Shown piece after piece: positions 9,205-22,300 of a stretch of 64,000 nt of DNA. The stretch is from positions 36,954,001-37,018,000 of the forward strand of contig OZ076409.1 in NCBI GenBank assembly GCA_964187785.1, in the 5' to 3' direction. Each line of letters starts with the position of its first letter. Positions within the stretch are counted from its first letter, which is position 1. The position numbers and the translations under genes were made by a program. The notes beneath the pieces are model-generated. The model worked only from the letters and a program-made list of their open reading frames with translations. It did not search any database and was not told where the DNA came from. Source of the DNA: Amphiscolops sp. MND2022. Lineage: Eukaryota.

Positions 9205-11855
9205 ATAAACAAATGAAAATGATTTATGAGTGAAGACTGAATTTCTGAGATGTTTTACGGATGTATTTTGTTATTTCATCGTTGGTTGCAATATCTCGAA
9301 TTCACTAATCTTGAATTGAGATGATTTAGAGATGAAGTCTACAAAGGAAATGAGTATCTAATAAAGAAGGTAAATCAAAGAAGCAATTAAAAGAAGTTCA
9401 TCCAAGTTTCATCGTAAAAATAGATTCGCTGGAAGTTTATTCAGAAGAGTCAAATTATCGTTGTTAGAGATGGATTGTAGATGTATTTTTGAAGGCTATG
9501 TAGGTTCTCAACTGTACGGTAACTAGTCGCAATCTCGGTCTGAGTAATCTCTAATGGCGGTTTAAACTACAGCAGTTCACGTGTCTTTTCAGGCTGGTAA
9601 GACGCTAAATCTCTTACCAGCCTTCCCTCATTGGTCAATGTCAGTTGGTGCTAATTGGTAAGTCACGTGACCGGTGTTGTGAACTGCCGCAGGGTGGCCA
9701 CACATCATGATGAATCTACATACTTGTAAATGGTGGTTAATCATCACTTTTACAGTGTCACAATTGCCTGCACATATCACAATGGTTTCTATAGCACAGG
9801 AGGTTAGTTCAAAGTATTCGATATCACACTAATTTCAAGTCAAATTAAAGTAGGATGCATTCCGAGATGGGAAAACGATGTTTTCCAGCTGATTCTAGCA
9901 CTAAAATTGGTGCTTTGCAATTAAGGATGGATATGTGATGAACACATGAGAATATTTGCTGATTTTCAAGTCTAGTTTTGTTTCTGGATGGAAAAGCGAT
10001 GAAATGTAGTTTTTCTCACTCGAAAATCAACACTATTCAAAGTAACGATGATCAAAGGATGAACTTCCTCCAAAAGTTGTCAATTTCCAGCACAAAAAAT
10101 GACGATGAATTTAGGATGAATTCACTCAATAATTCCAATGAAATAGCCAACTCTACTGTAAAATCAAATCAGCGATGAGTTTGGGATGAACTCCTCTAAT
10201 AATTCAGCAAAGCCTAGCACGAATCAAAATCAGGATGGTTTTTAGATGAACTTACTCAACAAAACAGATAATTCAGCACATTCACTCTTTTTAGGATGAA
10301 TTAGAGATGTACTTTCTCATTTCTTTCTGTTTACTGTCCATGCGATGAATTAGATATGCGTTATCGTCTCTAAGAAATGAGGAGCACATTTGGAGTTACT
10401 AAATGAAATACTGCGATGAATTTAAGATGAAATAATCAAGTCTAGTCCCATGAAATCCGCTGATGGATTTGTGATAAGAATAAAGTATAAAGTCCCATAC
10501 TTTGTTCGTTCGCAATTCTTGGGGATGAAACTGCGATGAACTTTCTCATAAAAGCACCGGATGAATCCGCTGATGGACTCAGGTAAATCTCTAACTGAAT
10601 TTGGTTCACTACTAAATCCGCCGATAGATTAGCGATGAACTTTGTGAAAACGTCGTCACGACTACAAGCCCTGAGGCGTGGAGCTAGTAGAAGTTACACA
10701 TTTTATCATTTTTTTAATGTCTCTCGGTCCAGTCTGACCGGAAAACTTCTCTCCCTTGTCGTGACAAACCAATATTTTTTGAAATATAGCACATTCAAGG
10801 ACATTGGCAAGATCATTTATGCGGACACCGGAACTACAGCGCTCAGTATTAAGTAAATATATATAACTCAAACTCATGGGGGAATGGGGATTAAGTACAA
10901 GTAAAGTAGGGTTGCTCACAACCATGGCTCTTATTATATGACATCATTTTGCCCATATCTAAGTACATAAGACATAATATTTACATTACAGATATTTAGT
11001 AGATTATATTTCCATCATGCTGGCATGACAGCACGTATTTATGCTTTTCAGTCCCAGCCTCGCACAGACATCTAGAAAACTAGACAACTTGGCAAATTGG
11101 AGGTGGCAATTCTTTCTAGCAATCTTGTAGTATGAGGGCGAATATTGTTCTCGGAAAAATTAGTCCTCCTTTCCTTCCTTGGGCTTTTGGCACTGTTCGA
11201 CTGCATTAGAAACAAGTGTTCATTACATCCGATTGGAAATTTTGATGGCATTTGCTTGGAAAATTGTTTTTCGATTGCACCCTGTCGGATATGTTTGAGC
11301 ACTGTGACCGTTATAAGAAGGTTTGCAATAATCTTCAATGATTATATCTGAAAGACGTAGCTCTTCTTGAGTTTTCAACGAGCGTCATTTGGAACCTCTC
11401 CCAGTTTGTTTGTTGGTTCATGTCAATTGATCAATAAGTGTACTCGTGCAAATTTTGAAAGACATGACTAAGTTAGATATTTTTTGAAAAAACTTCAGAC
11501 GGAACTACTTTACTTTTTCCTTTTAAAATGCAGAGTAAAAAATTGCCGGTGAATCAGTTATTATAAACATACGACATGATTGCAATTTTAAGCTTCTTCG
11601 GCCATAAATGCAACTAATGCGAAATTTTTAACTGTAATTCCAAAATTTCATTAGCTGTTCATCAGCCCATTTCTTGAAACCTAGGTTTTGCAGTTCCATG
11701 TCCCAAGTGAGCTCATGAAATCTTGCAAAAAATTCGATAATAAAATAGCTATGATTTTGGGAGAATGTTGTTAAAGGTAACCTTTTTCTAATTTTTTTTT
11801 CATTGCAATAAATGTTTCAAACAAAAACCGATAGTTGGTGTCTCGAAAAAGGATA

Positions 11856-12634
11856 CTTCCCAGGTTGACCAAACATACCCACCATGTTATCATCTTAGTA
11901 TAATCATACTATGATCATGGTCATTCCATGATCATGATCATGCCAAGACCGTACCATGGCGACCATGTTTCATAGTATGATCATGGTCATTCCATGATCT
12001 TGATCATGCCAAGACTGTACCATGGAGACCATGTTTCATAGTATGATCATACTATGGTCATCATGTTTCATGAGGAACGATGAATTGATTGATTGAAAAT
12101 CGAGATGTCAGACATGGCAACCTCCTGTAAACAAAGTTCACAAATTGGTTACCGAGTGCTTATGCTGTATTATCACGCTTAAAGCTTGAAAACTACTTTC
12201 TACCTCAATCAGTAAAAAACGTAACGGATTTTAAAAAACTGGAGATTTCTCTTCGAAGACGTTTCTTTTTCAGGGACATTCCAAGTAAAATATGATATCA
12301 TGAAAACAACGAGAGGAAAAAGGTTTGTTTGATCCATTCCAAATTTAATTCATCGTAATTAGATTAAATACCAATATAAATAAATAAATGACACTGAACG
12401 TATAGCGCTGATTCTATCAAAATAAATAATACTTATAAATCATAACAGCTTTTCGAGAGCAAGCCTCAGTAATTATTGCTTTCTTGTTGTTTATAAAATC
12501 AAAAGTTGCTGAAATGAGCAATATGTCGTATACATGTATAATGATGTATAACTTCAGAGCTCATTCCAACGACAAGTTCGAAAATTTATCGGGGACGTGA
12601 CATGCTATCAATAGATTTTCACCCGGGTGGGAAT
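11856..12634. mobile_element. Degenerate MITE of the CCCGGGTT-terminated family with CATG-rich subterminal repeats
   Basis: Left acttcccaggttgacc, right tttcacccgggtgggaat; two ~67-bp CATG-rich units at about 11910-12050. Confidence 0.5.
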
Positions 12635-13106
12635 AACCATGAGGTCGATGGGTTGGTGATTCACTGAGTTTGTAGGTATGTTCATCTAATACTGAGAGGG
12701 CCTTATGAACTATATTCTGGGGATGGATGAAATTTCATGTACGTATTGTCTATACACCAAAGTAACAAAAATACAAATTATGAATTATAGCAAATCGTTG
12801 AAAAGTTTTGTTGCCAGGAGGTAACATTTTGAAACCTTTCGTTGCTTATTGTCATCGATCAATTACGTAAAATATATAAATGAGATAGAATTGTTTGAGA
12901 ATTAATGAGGACAGTTTTTGAGTATGGAACGTTTGCTCTCTTTTTTCAAATAAAATCACTCAAAGGGAATTAGTGATTTTGCATTTCTGCCAAATTAAGT
13001 TCTGCTGGGCTAGTGAGAAAGAAGTGCTATCTTGTCCATTGATTATGCAACATATGCAGTGATATATGATGTCAGAATGCTGCTATTTCGATTGTTGGTT
13101 CTAGTT

Positions 13107-13302
13107 TTAGACTTGTTCATCGCCTACAGCCCGGTAGTTGTTGTGCAGATCCACCTGTTTGCCCCCCGCCGAATTTCCAGGGACATCTTCGTCAGCCGCA
13201 GCTCCTCCTATTGGCTTAGCCAACTCTTCTTTGGACAATTCGCACACGATAGCTGCTCCGAAAGAGTCACCCATCACGTTTATCATGGTACGGAAGCGAT
13301 CT
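13107..13302 (-). CDS. SLC1 last coding exon (TM8 and C-terminal tail)
   Basis: tttcag|A GAT CGC TTC CGT ACC = (L)[19 protein letters not shown]...DEQV, TAA at 13107-13109. Absent from the ORF track. Confidence 0.93.
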
Positions 13303-16300
13303 CTGAAACAGCATGTTTGTTAACGTCAGCAAAAAACCGCTTTTCGACGTTTTCTTCAGCGTTTCAAAATTTGAAAAGTGATTAGCCGCACTAAAAGTTA
13401 TAAAATGCTGCCAACAACCATGTGTTTTCTTCAACCCAGCTAAACGTCAAAAACGGTTAACAAATATTTTAGTGAATAGTCATCTAAATTATTTTGCTTT
13501 TTAAGTGTTAGTTAGTAGCAAGAAAACACTGAACTAGTCCCACGCCAATTTGTATTTCTTTTTTTGAAAACTATATCTTGGTTCAAAAAATGGCGGCGGC
13601 AAAATTTTTGAAAAATGCGTATAGCTTGAAGACGGCAAATTTTGGCTAAACGTGGCAAAAATAAAAAGGTTAGCAGGTTGAACAGACTTTGTTGCTGCGT
13701 GACTCAATTGACAGAAACCAAGGTATATATGTGCTTCCATCATTTTAATGAAAGCGTAAGATTGTTCAAAATCATCGGTAATTCGATTTTCCCTGCATCA
13801 TATTTAATTTTCATATGCAATATTTAACTACCTTGATTGCTTTCACATCTTGCTGTTTTTAAGAGCATCGGTTAAAAATTTACGATGACATTTCAAGAAA
13901 TTGTTCAAACATGGATGTAATCTTGCTTTTAGTTAAATAACATTGCCCGGAAATCTATATACTGAATGTTGCACTCAAAAGCCAATAAAGCAAGTCACTA
14001 CGTGATTTATACCATAAGGCATAGGCACCACAGGTTTGAAAGCATCTAAAATTTTTTAGTTAGTGAAATTCAGCCGTCTTTTATTAGAAGGGGTACATTT
14101 TTTGAAATCATAGCAATTATTTTGCCCACGTGAACAAAAGCTGAACATGATCTAGCCTGGGGTTGGAAAGTGGGCCTGTCATCAGACCGTGTTGTTAATT
14201 TACGCTCGCTGGAGTCAAGGCAAATATTTAATGAGGTTGTAAATTGGAGGGGAAGCAAAGGATAAGGGATAAGACGAGAGTGGAAGAGAACTAACAAGAA
14301 CCAGTCGATGGTGTAAATCAGAGAAATCTGCTCGGTTGGCAACCCCACTGCTGTGAAGACGAGGATCATGGTCACCAGTCCTGCAGAGGGAATGCTAGCA
14401 GCTCCCACGCTGGCCGCAATACTCGTGATGCTGAAAAACAAAGCATTCAAATGGGCTATGATATTTCCATGGCCTTAAACAATGATGGAGAGGAATCTAA
14501 GAAATCAAAAATAGAACAATTTTCTTGTTTGGTTAGAGTCAAGCTCGCGAGTTGGCTACTAGCTCAAGTTTCAAATTCATGTCAATTTGCATTTTTTCAG
14601 TTTTCAAGGCTTTTTGTTTGACTGGATCTTGAAGAGGATGATTCAGCCGATATTGTTAGATGCCGTCCAATTGCGTCGAAGTTTTTTTTAAAAGAGACAC
14701 AAAAAGACTCGAATATGACCCAATAGAGTTTAGGGAAAGAACTCATGGAAAAACTGGTGTTCTTAAAAATTCAGAAGCCAGTGATTTCTTTCAATCTGAA
14801 ACCTTGATCTAACAAAAACTTTATGGCAACATATAATACGCATGTAGCTGGGGCATACTTTTCGATTCAAACCGAATCCACATAAAAATGTGATGTGATA
14901 ATTTGAATTAGCTGAGTTCCTCCCATAAATATTGAGAAAGAAGTTAATCAAGGACAGCCAGTCACTGGTCAGCCGTTCGTGGTAAATATTTTCAACTGGA
15001 AATGGTGGCCCATGGGTGAGACTTGGGTGAGTTATTGGTATTACCACCGAAAGGTTACTCTGGGCTGTAAACCCCAATTAGTAATCCAAAGATATATTTT
15101 CATTTCATAAATTGAAATGTTCATCTTGGAACGAGCTTTTTCTTGCGAACTCAAGTAATCATAAATGTTTTCTGGACTTCATCTCGTTTTTAAACAGAGC
15201 TCAAAACTGTTCAATAACTTTGCCCCTAAGTTACCCTAAATGAAAAAAAACTATAACAAGACATGTAAATTCAAATTTCAAATTTTCTTGGTGTATAAAC
15301 ACTTAGTTTTTTTCCAAATCTTAATTAGTCCTGCAATGGAATGGATGGTATCTAAATCAAAACTCCCGCTCTGAGCAGTGAAGTATTTTCCGCCCCAAAC
15401 CGTTCTACAACGACATGGATTTGAAGCTCAAGACTAGCCAATGCTCAATGAAAACGCAAAGAAGTTCGAAGAAAAAAAGTTTTGATTCATAGTAGCCTAT
15501 TTTTAAAGCAAAGTCTTAATTTATTAAATACGCTAAGTTCCTAATTATTTTGTGGTTGAACTATGTGGATACCAGTACCTAACACCAAATTATCAGTCGG
15601 CGCTTTTCGTAAAGAAAGAGCATTTACAGTCATGGCTTTTCGTTAGTATTTTTCCGATAAGGTTTTTTCCAATAAGGTTTCCAAAGGTTTTTCAAATTTT
15701 CAAGTAACTTCTCACTGCCACTTGACCTAGTGGTTATCGCGGATTTCCTGAAGTGTTAGGAGCAAGGGTACGTGGGTCAAGTCTCGCGCTCAACCAAAAA
15801 AGTTTTTAGGTTGGAACAGTAGGAGAACACCAAAGGGTCTTCTTAGAATTTTTGGGTATTTTTTGGGTACGAAAGTACCTCGTTTTTCATGAGAAACAAC
15901 AGCGTTTTGCAAGCATAGTGCCACTTACAGACTTAATAAAAATTTTTTGTAAAATTTTCCGAAAACATTTTTGAAGACATGTTTTTTTTCGCAATTTTTG
16001 GTTTTTGATGTTTTCTGCGAAAGAAACAGGTTTCCCGAGTCTTGAGGTTGGTTGGCTTCTTTGTTGTTTTTTGGTACTGTGCAACTGATGAGTTTTCTGA
16101 ATGATTGTGGAAATTACCTCTTTTCAGCTTTTTTCGCCTCTGCGTGTTATCTGGTCGAAGGGTACCCTTCACTTTTAAAGTTGATTTTGAGAATTTCGGA
16201 CTGAGAAAAAGTAGTTTTGCGAGCTGAAACTTTTTCCGGCACCATGGGATTTTTCCGAAAATTCTTTAAAAAAGGATTTCTTGTTTTCCTTGTTGAGGAA

Positions 16301-19300
16301 AAAGTGGTTTCCGAATCCCAGGCGTATTTTTCAGGTTTTTTTGGCACTGAGAAAAAACGTCAGTGTTTGAAACTAGCGTCATTTGCAAGTTTAGGAAACT
16401 TGAGCGTGGTGCCAACTTGGGCCGGTCCCGCTTGTTATATTATTGCACATAACGTCACCAGAAGTGTCAAAAACCTGGGAAAAATTGATATTTTTGACAT
16501 CTTTGGGGTCAATTTGACTCACTTTTCTAACATGAAATTTCAGATATCTCTTCTAAAAAGCCTAATGGAAACCGAGTTGAGTTGTTGTTGAATGTTTACA
16601 CCATTCTAACCCACGAAATAGCTGGAAAACGTTACGAAAAAATTGCAACAAAACGTCCAAAGTTTCTTTACTTTCAAGTCATTCTCAGGTTGTCTACCTA
16701 CATGGGGAGCTGCAAGATACATTATTTCAGGAAGGCGTACTCCATACCTGAAGACTTTGCTTGGAGTTTTTTGAATAAATACTTGGCGAAAAAGTTTGAA
16801 AAAACAAACTTGTCCGATATCTTTTCGAAGCACTACCGGTAGCTAAACGTTTCAATCCTGTTCCAATGGGCTTTCGGATTGACGTAAATTTTCGAGAAAG
16901 GTCCAAAATTGGGATTATGTTGTTGAAATTTTGACAAATTTTGGATTTGAATATCTTTGTTGTCAAATTCGAGGAACTTTACCTCACTTTCTTTCACAAA
17001 GTTTGGTTTAAATACCCCATTGTTTCAACGTTCAGGTTAATGGATGTTCTATTCTCTGAACTGTTTGAGGTTTGAACAATAATTGGGAACAATTCGTCAA
17101 AAAGCATTCTTAATTAATGTTTTTTATTGTTGGATTTGAGGTGCTTTTGAGGCCAACTCCGTCAAAAAACTGCAGTTAGTATTTCAAAAACGCCTACTGG
17201 ATACCCAAATTAGTCGCTGCTGAGTTTTTTCATTACGATAGATGTCCCGCAAAAGTGGAAAGTGATCACTTGGTGTAAATTGTTTTTTGGGTAAAATAGT
17301 CAATTACTGTAAATTTGTCAAAGACTGTAGTAATCCACTCGTGTAGTGGTGCAGCAAAGTGTAATATGAATGCGGTGAATTCCAGTCCGAATGCGTAGTT
17401 AGTAAATGGTGTAAAACAGTCAAAATTTGAAAGCTAATTTAGTAAGATGTAAGTTAGTCAATGTTTGATTAAATTTCACTTTTATTGAGTCTCCTTTTAC
17501 AAAACTACCGAAAAGTGTAAATTAATCAAAATTGACTAGTTTACGGCAATTTAATAATTACTTCAAACACATCATTTTACATTGAATAGTTGTTTGGCGT
17601 TAAATTACTTTGACTAATTTACACAACAACTTTGACTGAATTACGCGATTAAACAATTACCGCATACGTACATTACCACATACATACATGCAGTAAAGTT
17701 TACATTGGATGACACATGCACGCAAAAGATTTCTAGTCATTCAGTGTAATTAACTAAATATGTCAATTTAGAGTTTAATGATTTGAACTAATTGCTTACT
17801 GATCATGCCAGTAAGCAAAATGTTTAAACATAAACTGGACCATGTGTTCATTTTGTGTGTTCATGGCATGGACTTGGAGGAAGCTAGTCTTTTGGCAGTA
17901 GAAAGTAGTCGCAAATCACGATAAACGAAATGCTAGAATTGTCCAAAAACGGTTGCCTACTCGGAAAAAATTATCGAGAAACTATTAACTTTTTCGAAAA
18001 ATGACTTTTTTCTGGTGAAAGATGAATTGTATCAGTTCATCGTCTTAAAGACAATTTTGACCTAGAAACATTTTGACCTGTGATCAACCGGTCAACAGTC
18101 GTGCAGCCAGATAAAATCATAGAATACTATAGCTTGTGAGGGTCTGGTATTTCAACATTACAAACAGAACACTGATCAAACCAATATCCTAGAGGGGACA
18201 TTCGCTGAACACACTGATTATAGTTTGATTAAGGTATGGACTTAATCATACAAACGAAAAAAAAATTAAAGTGTTGCTATTAACAACTATCATGTTGAAG
18301 CCTTGTGGATTGGAACGTTTAGTTGAAGCACAAAATTAGCCGCATAATAAACTACCGAACGTAAATAACATCAAGGTAAAAACAAAAAATGCCCAAAACT
18401 GAGTGCGGGCTGGTGTTAGGTGGGGATACGGTTCGTTCAATCAGTCAAAACAAGGATTAAAACAAGAGGATAAAACTAGGTAGAAATAAAGCAAGGCATT
18501 ATGGATAAAAATTGGACTCATCAAAAACAAGTCTGAAAGGGCCTATGTCAATCCCCTTTTGAGGCTTCCAAGCACGAAGGCTTCTCAATAAGCATAGGAA
18601 CTAAGCCTCAAATGCTCCAGAAACGCGCATTTTCAGAAAAGTTTAGAGGGCTATCTTATGGCTGTGAAAATAATCGAAGAACACTTTTAGAAAATTTCAC
18701 CAACATCACACTGTCGAAACTGGGACTGCACATTATTTTTAAAATAGGCTCCCTAGGCGCAAGAGACATCGGAAAAATGTCTAATGCACTGATGCTTGCA
18801 ACCTCTGCATGATATCACAGACAAGCGTGAAAACGCTAAAGTTTTTCAGTCAGTAATATCGTGTCTCAATTTCGAGGAAAGTGAAGAGAAAACGTACTGA
18901 TAGAAAAACGGAAAATGCTTTTAAATTCCGGAATAGGATGAGTTTAAACTCATAAATCTTTGGCTCGCCTACGAACTTCGAGGCACAAGTCATTTGAGAA
19001 ATTTATATTAATTTTTCAATAATTATTTGGCTACGAATTGTACGAAATCATCTGCAGGGCATCGTTTTTTACGAATTCGTTATGAAGATTCAATAGAAAT
19101 ACCGTGAAACTTGAATTTAACCGACAATAAATTAAGGCAATAAATTAATTGGTCACTTCAATGATAATGTCTCGGGAAAGGTCATCGGTATAAAATTCCG
19201 AATTTTATACCGATGACCTTCCCCGAGACGTTATCATTGAAGTGACTGATTAATATATTGCTCTAATTTATTCGCGATGTTCGTTTAACTTTGTTCACGA

Positions 19301-22300
19301 TGTTCGTTCACGAACCCTTTAACTTTCATCGCGTTGGTTTTCTCGAGATGCTTTTCCAGAACTACAAAACACGTCTCGAATCAAACTCGGATTACACCAA
19401 ACGGAAAATATAATTCTGCCATACGTTACGATCCGTAAGGTCATCCATTGACTCCCAATCTTCAATACAAATTGCTGAATTGTAGGATAATTGTCACGTT
19501 CCAAGGCCATTTTTCAACCAGCATAAAAACGTCACCATCGGCTTCTTATGAAATGACGACTTGTTTAAGGAAAATTTTGTCAAGGTAATTCAGATACTCT
19601 GTGAGAAGTCCGACGCATTCGATTATTCGCTAGAATTAGGGTAGAATGACTATATATAGTCGCAAACTAAAAATTTACCATTCTAATAGATGATACAAGT
19701 TTCAACCTGTCTCCAGAGCATGCAACTACATGGGGGGAACTAAAGGTCAATTATAGAAATACTATAATAGTTTTTTGATTTAAGTCATACGTTTTTATTG
19801 CTCTAAAATACCCCTCAAAACTGAGCCCTATCAACCGAACAAGGTTCATCTCCTTGAAAAAAATGGAAATGAAGAATGAGCAGAAATAAAGACTGGAGAA
19901 ATGAAGAAAATTGGAAATGTGGCTGCTCATTCAAGCTTTTTTTGGAGCCTTTTCACTGTGGCATACGAAGTGATGGAATTTGCTCTTAATAAAGAGTGGA
20001 ATTTGATTTGAAGTCCTACAAACTTGCATGCAATGGGCTGAGTATATTTTGAGCGAAATCCAATGAAACTCAAAGATGTGGTACATTTAAAAGAATTGAG
20101 TCAAGAGTTGAGAATTGGGAAATTATGCACCTGAATCGTTTCTAAAGAAACCATCACATTGATATGAAATCTACAACAATAACTGAAACTTCGAAAACAA
20201 ACTTTCAGCACGAGGCCAAAGCAGGCGTTGCAAAGGTAGTGTATCAATTACAAGGGATAAGTTGGTCATCTAAAACAAAATTTAACATCCAAATTCAATC
20301 AGAATTAAAAGCTACAAGCAAACAGTTGGTATTCAACGGGCACTATTGACATAACCATTACAAATAACGAAACACGAAAAAAACTATTACGTTTCGGAGA
20401 GGGCTTGAAAATAGTAGCCATTTTGCAGCTCGAAGATGTTGTGCCTCCGGCTACGGCCGTTGAAGTACTACGAGATGAAGAATTGTTGGTGTTTTTGGAG
20501 TTCTGCAGGTCCTTTAAAGTTTGAGACACAATAGTGGCTTTGGTCGTTTTACTACTACTGCAACTACCACCACCACCACTCATTGATGTAGTTACTGAAG
20601 TTCCTTTACTCGTGTTGCCAGTCGAGTTTTTGCCTTTTCGGTTCAGTCCTCGAGCGTATATTGACGTCGAAGGAGTTGATGTCGGTGCTACCCATCCAGG
20701 TACTTCGTTTCAGGAGTTGCCTTCTCCAAATGATGTAATTTTTCCATCAGCTTCAGAAATATAACTCAGTTGGTTGGAAGGATCTCCAGCATAGTTAGAG
20801 GTCACTGATTTGCTTTTGACTTGACCCCCCGATAAACCTTTGCTCTATCAAGGCTACCATTGGCTCCCAATGTGGTCGCAGGTTGATTGGAGGACGACTG
20901 TTTTCTAGTGGTTGCCAACGGAGCTGACTCAGTTGAGATATTTTTGTGGGATTTGGAATGTTCATTTGGTTACAACTATTAACGTTAGCGTGTGAGGAGC
21001 ATGTGAATAAGAAGGAATAGTCTGTCATTTTGCTGCTGCTGATTGGGGTTATTCAAGAGGAACAGATGTTGCTGTGGGAAGATACAACCGGGGACGAGAG
21101 GGTATTGTCACGTGCACCTGGTGGAAGTCCGTAAGCCTCCACCCCTGCGACACCCAATGCGGTGGCCATCAACCGTTCATCAGACGAGAGGTGAGGATTG
21201 GTGGGGCGAATGACACAACTACTAATACTTCTAATTTTATCAGTGAGAGCTGCTGTACACCCTACCCCTAACCCTCCTGTCAGCACCCCTGTAACAAGTG
21301 GAGGAGGAGGGTGAGGCCAGGAGGCCGGCAGCTGATGACGTGGCAGTGGTGATGCTGTCGCCACAGTCTAGCAAGCCCGCGTACTCACTGTCTTCGTCCA
21401 ACTCCTCGCCTCCAGACTGCTCTCTTTAAATTAATACATATTCGCGAGTTTAAAAAAACTTGTGAATGCTTGCTTTTGTCATCATTCAATCAATCCTTCA
21501 ACTCATAATTAGTCAAGTATTGCAAACAATTGGCGTCATAGCAGAAACCAGTTTAATAACATAATTTGAATTTAGAAAAAAATCAAAATACACCCAAAAG
21601 AAACTCACCAGCAGTAGATAACTAATAAACTTTATCATCAACAACTAAAATCTCCAAATAAAAAGGTCTAGCTTTGCGCTCAGATTTAATTTTCAGTTAG
21701 TATTCACAGTTTTCATAACAAAAATGCAGCATTAGCTCGCAATTCAAACTAAATTCAAGTATGTCCAGCTTTGCCATCAGCTCCGTTACTCATTTACTAC
21801 GTTTTTTCCTTCAACAGACAGAGGTACTAACATCAAGAAACGGTTTTCAGTTAATTAACCAGCAAGGTTGCACCAGAGCACTCTACTAATTTGTAACCGG
21901 TCCGTAAAAAAGCTTTGGAACTAAGAACGTCGCACCAGCAGCAATTTCAATTTTGATCAGAATATATCATAATTGAACGCGTTTGAAAATGGATGTTAAA
22001 GCCTAGTTGGTTGCAAGGCCGAAGGACCTCACATATCGTCATTTCACAATACAGGTCCCGGTCCACAAGTTTGCGGCCTGACTTTCAACTGAGTTAGCCG
22101 CATATACTCGGAGCAATTTCTACGAGGATTCTTTGCGCGTCAAAAAAACAGCGTCAAATGTCTAATACTTCAATCCAGCGACGCGCTCCGAGCATTAGCG
22201 TGAATAAGGATGCTAATTAGTTACGGCGTGAAAAACTAACTTTAAGATTAATTTCTTCATTTCTTTTTTTGACGTTTTTTTCGACCCTTTTTTTAAAAAA

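Larger units (their letters stand above)
1386..10666 (-). mobile_element. Ty3/Gypsy LTR retrotransposon, defective copy; 3' LTR not visible in the window
   Basis: Domain order gag(2xCCHC)-PR-RT-RNaseH-IN(GPY). Candidate 5' LTR starts TGTAGTCG at 10666 (minus). The left boundary is uncertain. Confidence 0.9.

Noticed and set aside
9860..10640. CRISPR-like repeat-spacer array (~60-bp period)
   Set aside because: The conserved part is only two 4-mers; eukaryotic LTR context; no cas genes.
10905..11070. Short minus-strand LTR with PBS-like TGGTTGTGAGC (same 11-mer at about 1472); similar candidates at about 49300-49520 and 57100-57310
   Set aside because: No second LTR copy, no coding remnant and no tRNA match I can name.
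13032..13385. Plus-strand ORFs over SLC1 exons and pol (for example 32431-32827, 35122-35409, 43057-43525)
   Set aside because: Antisense shadows of real minus-strand coding sequence.
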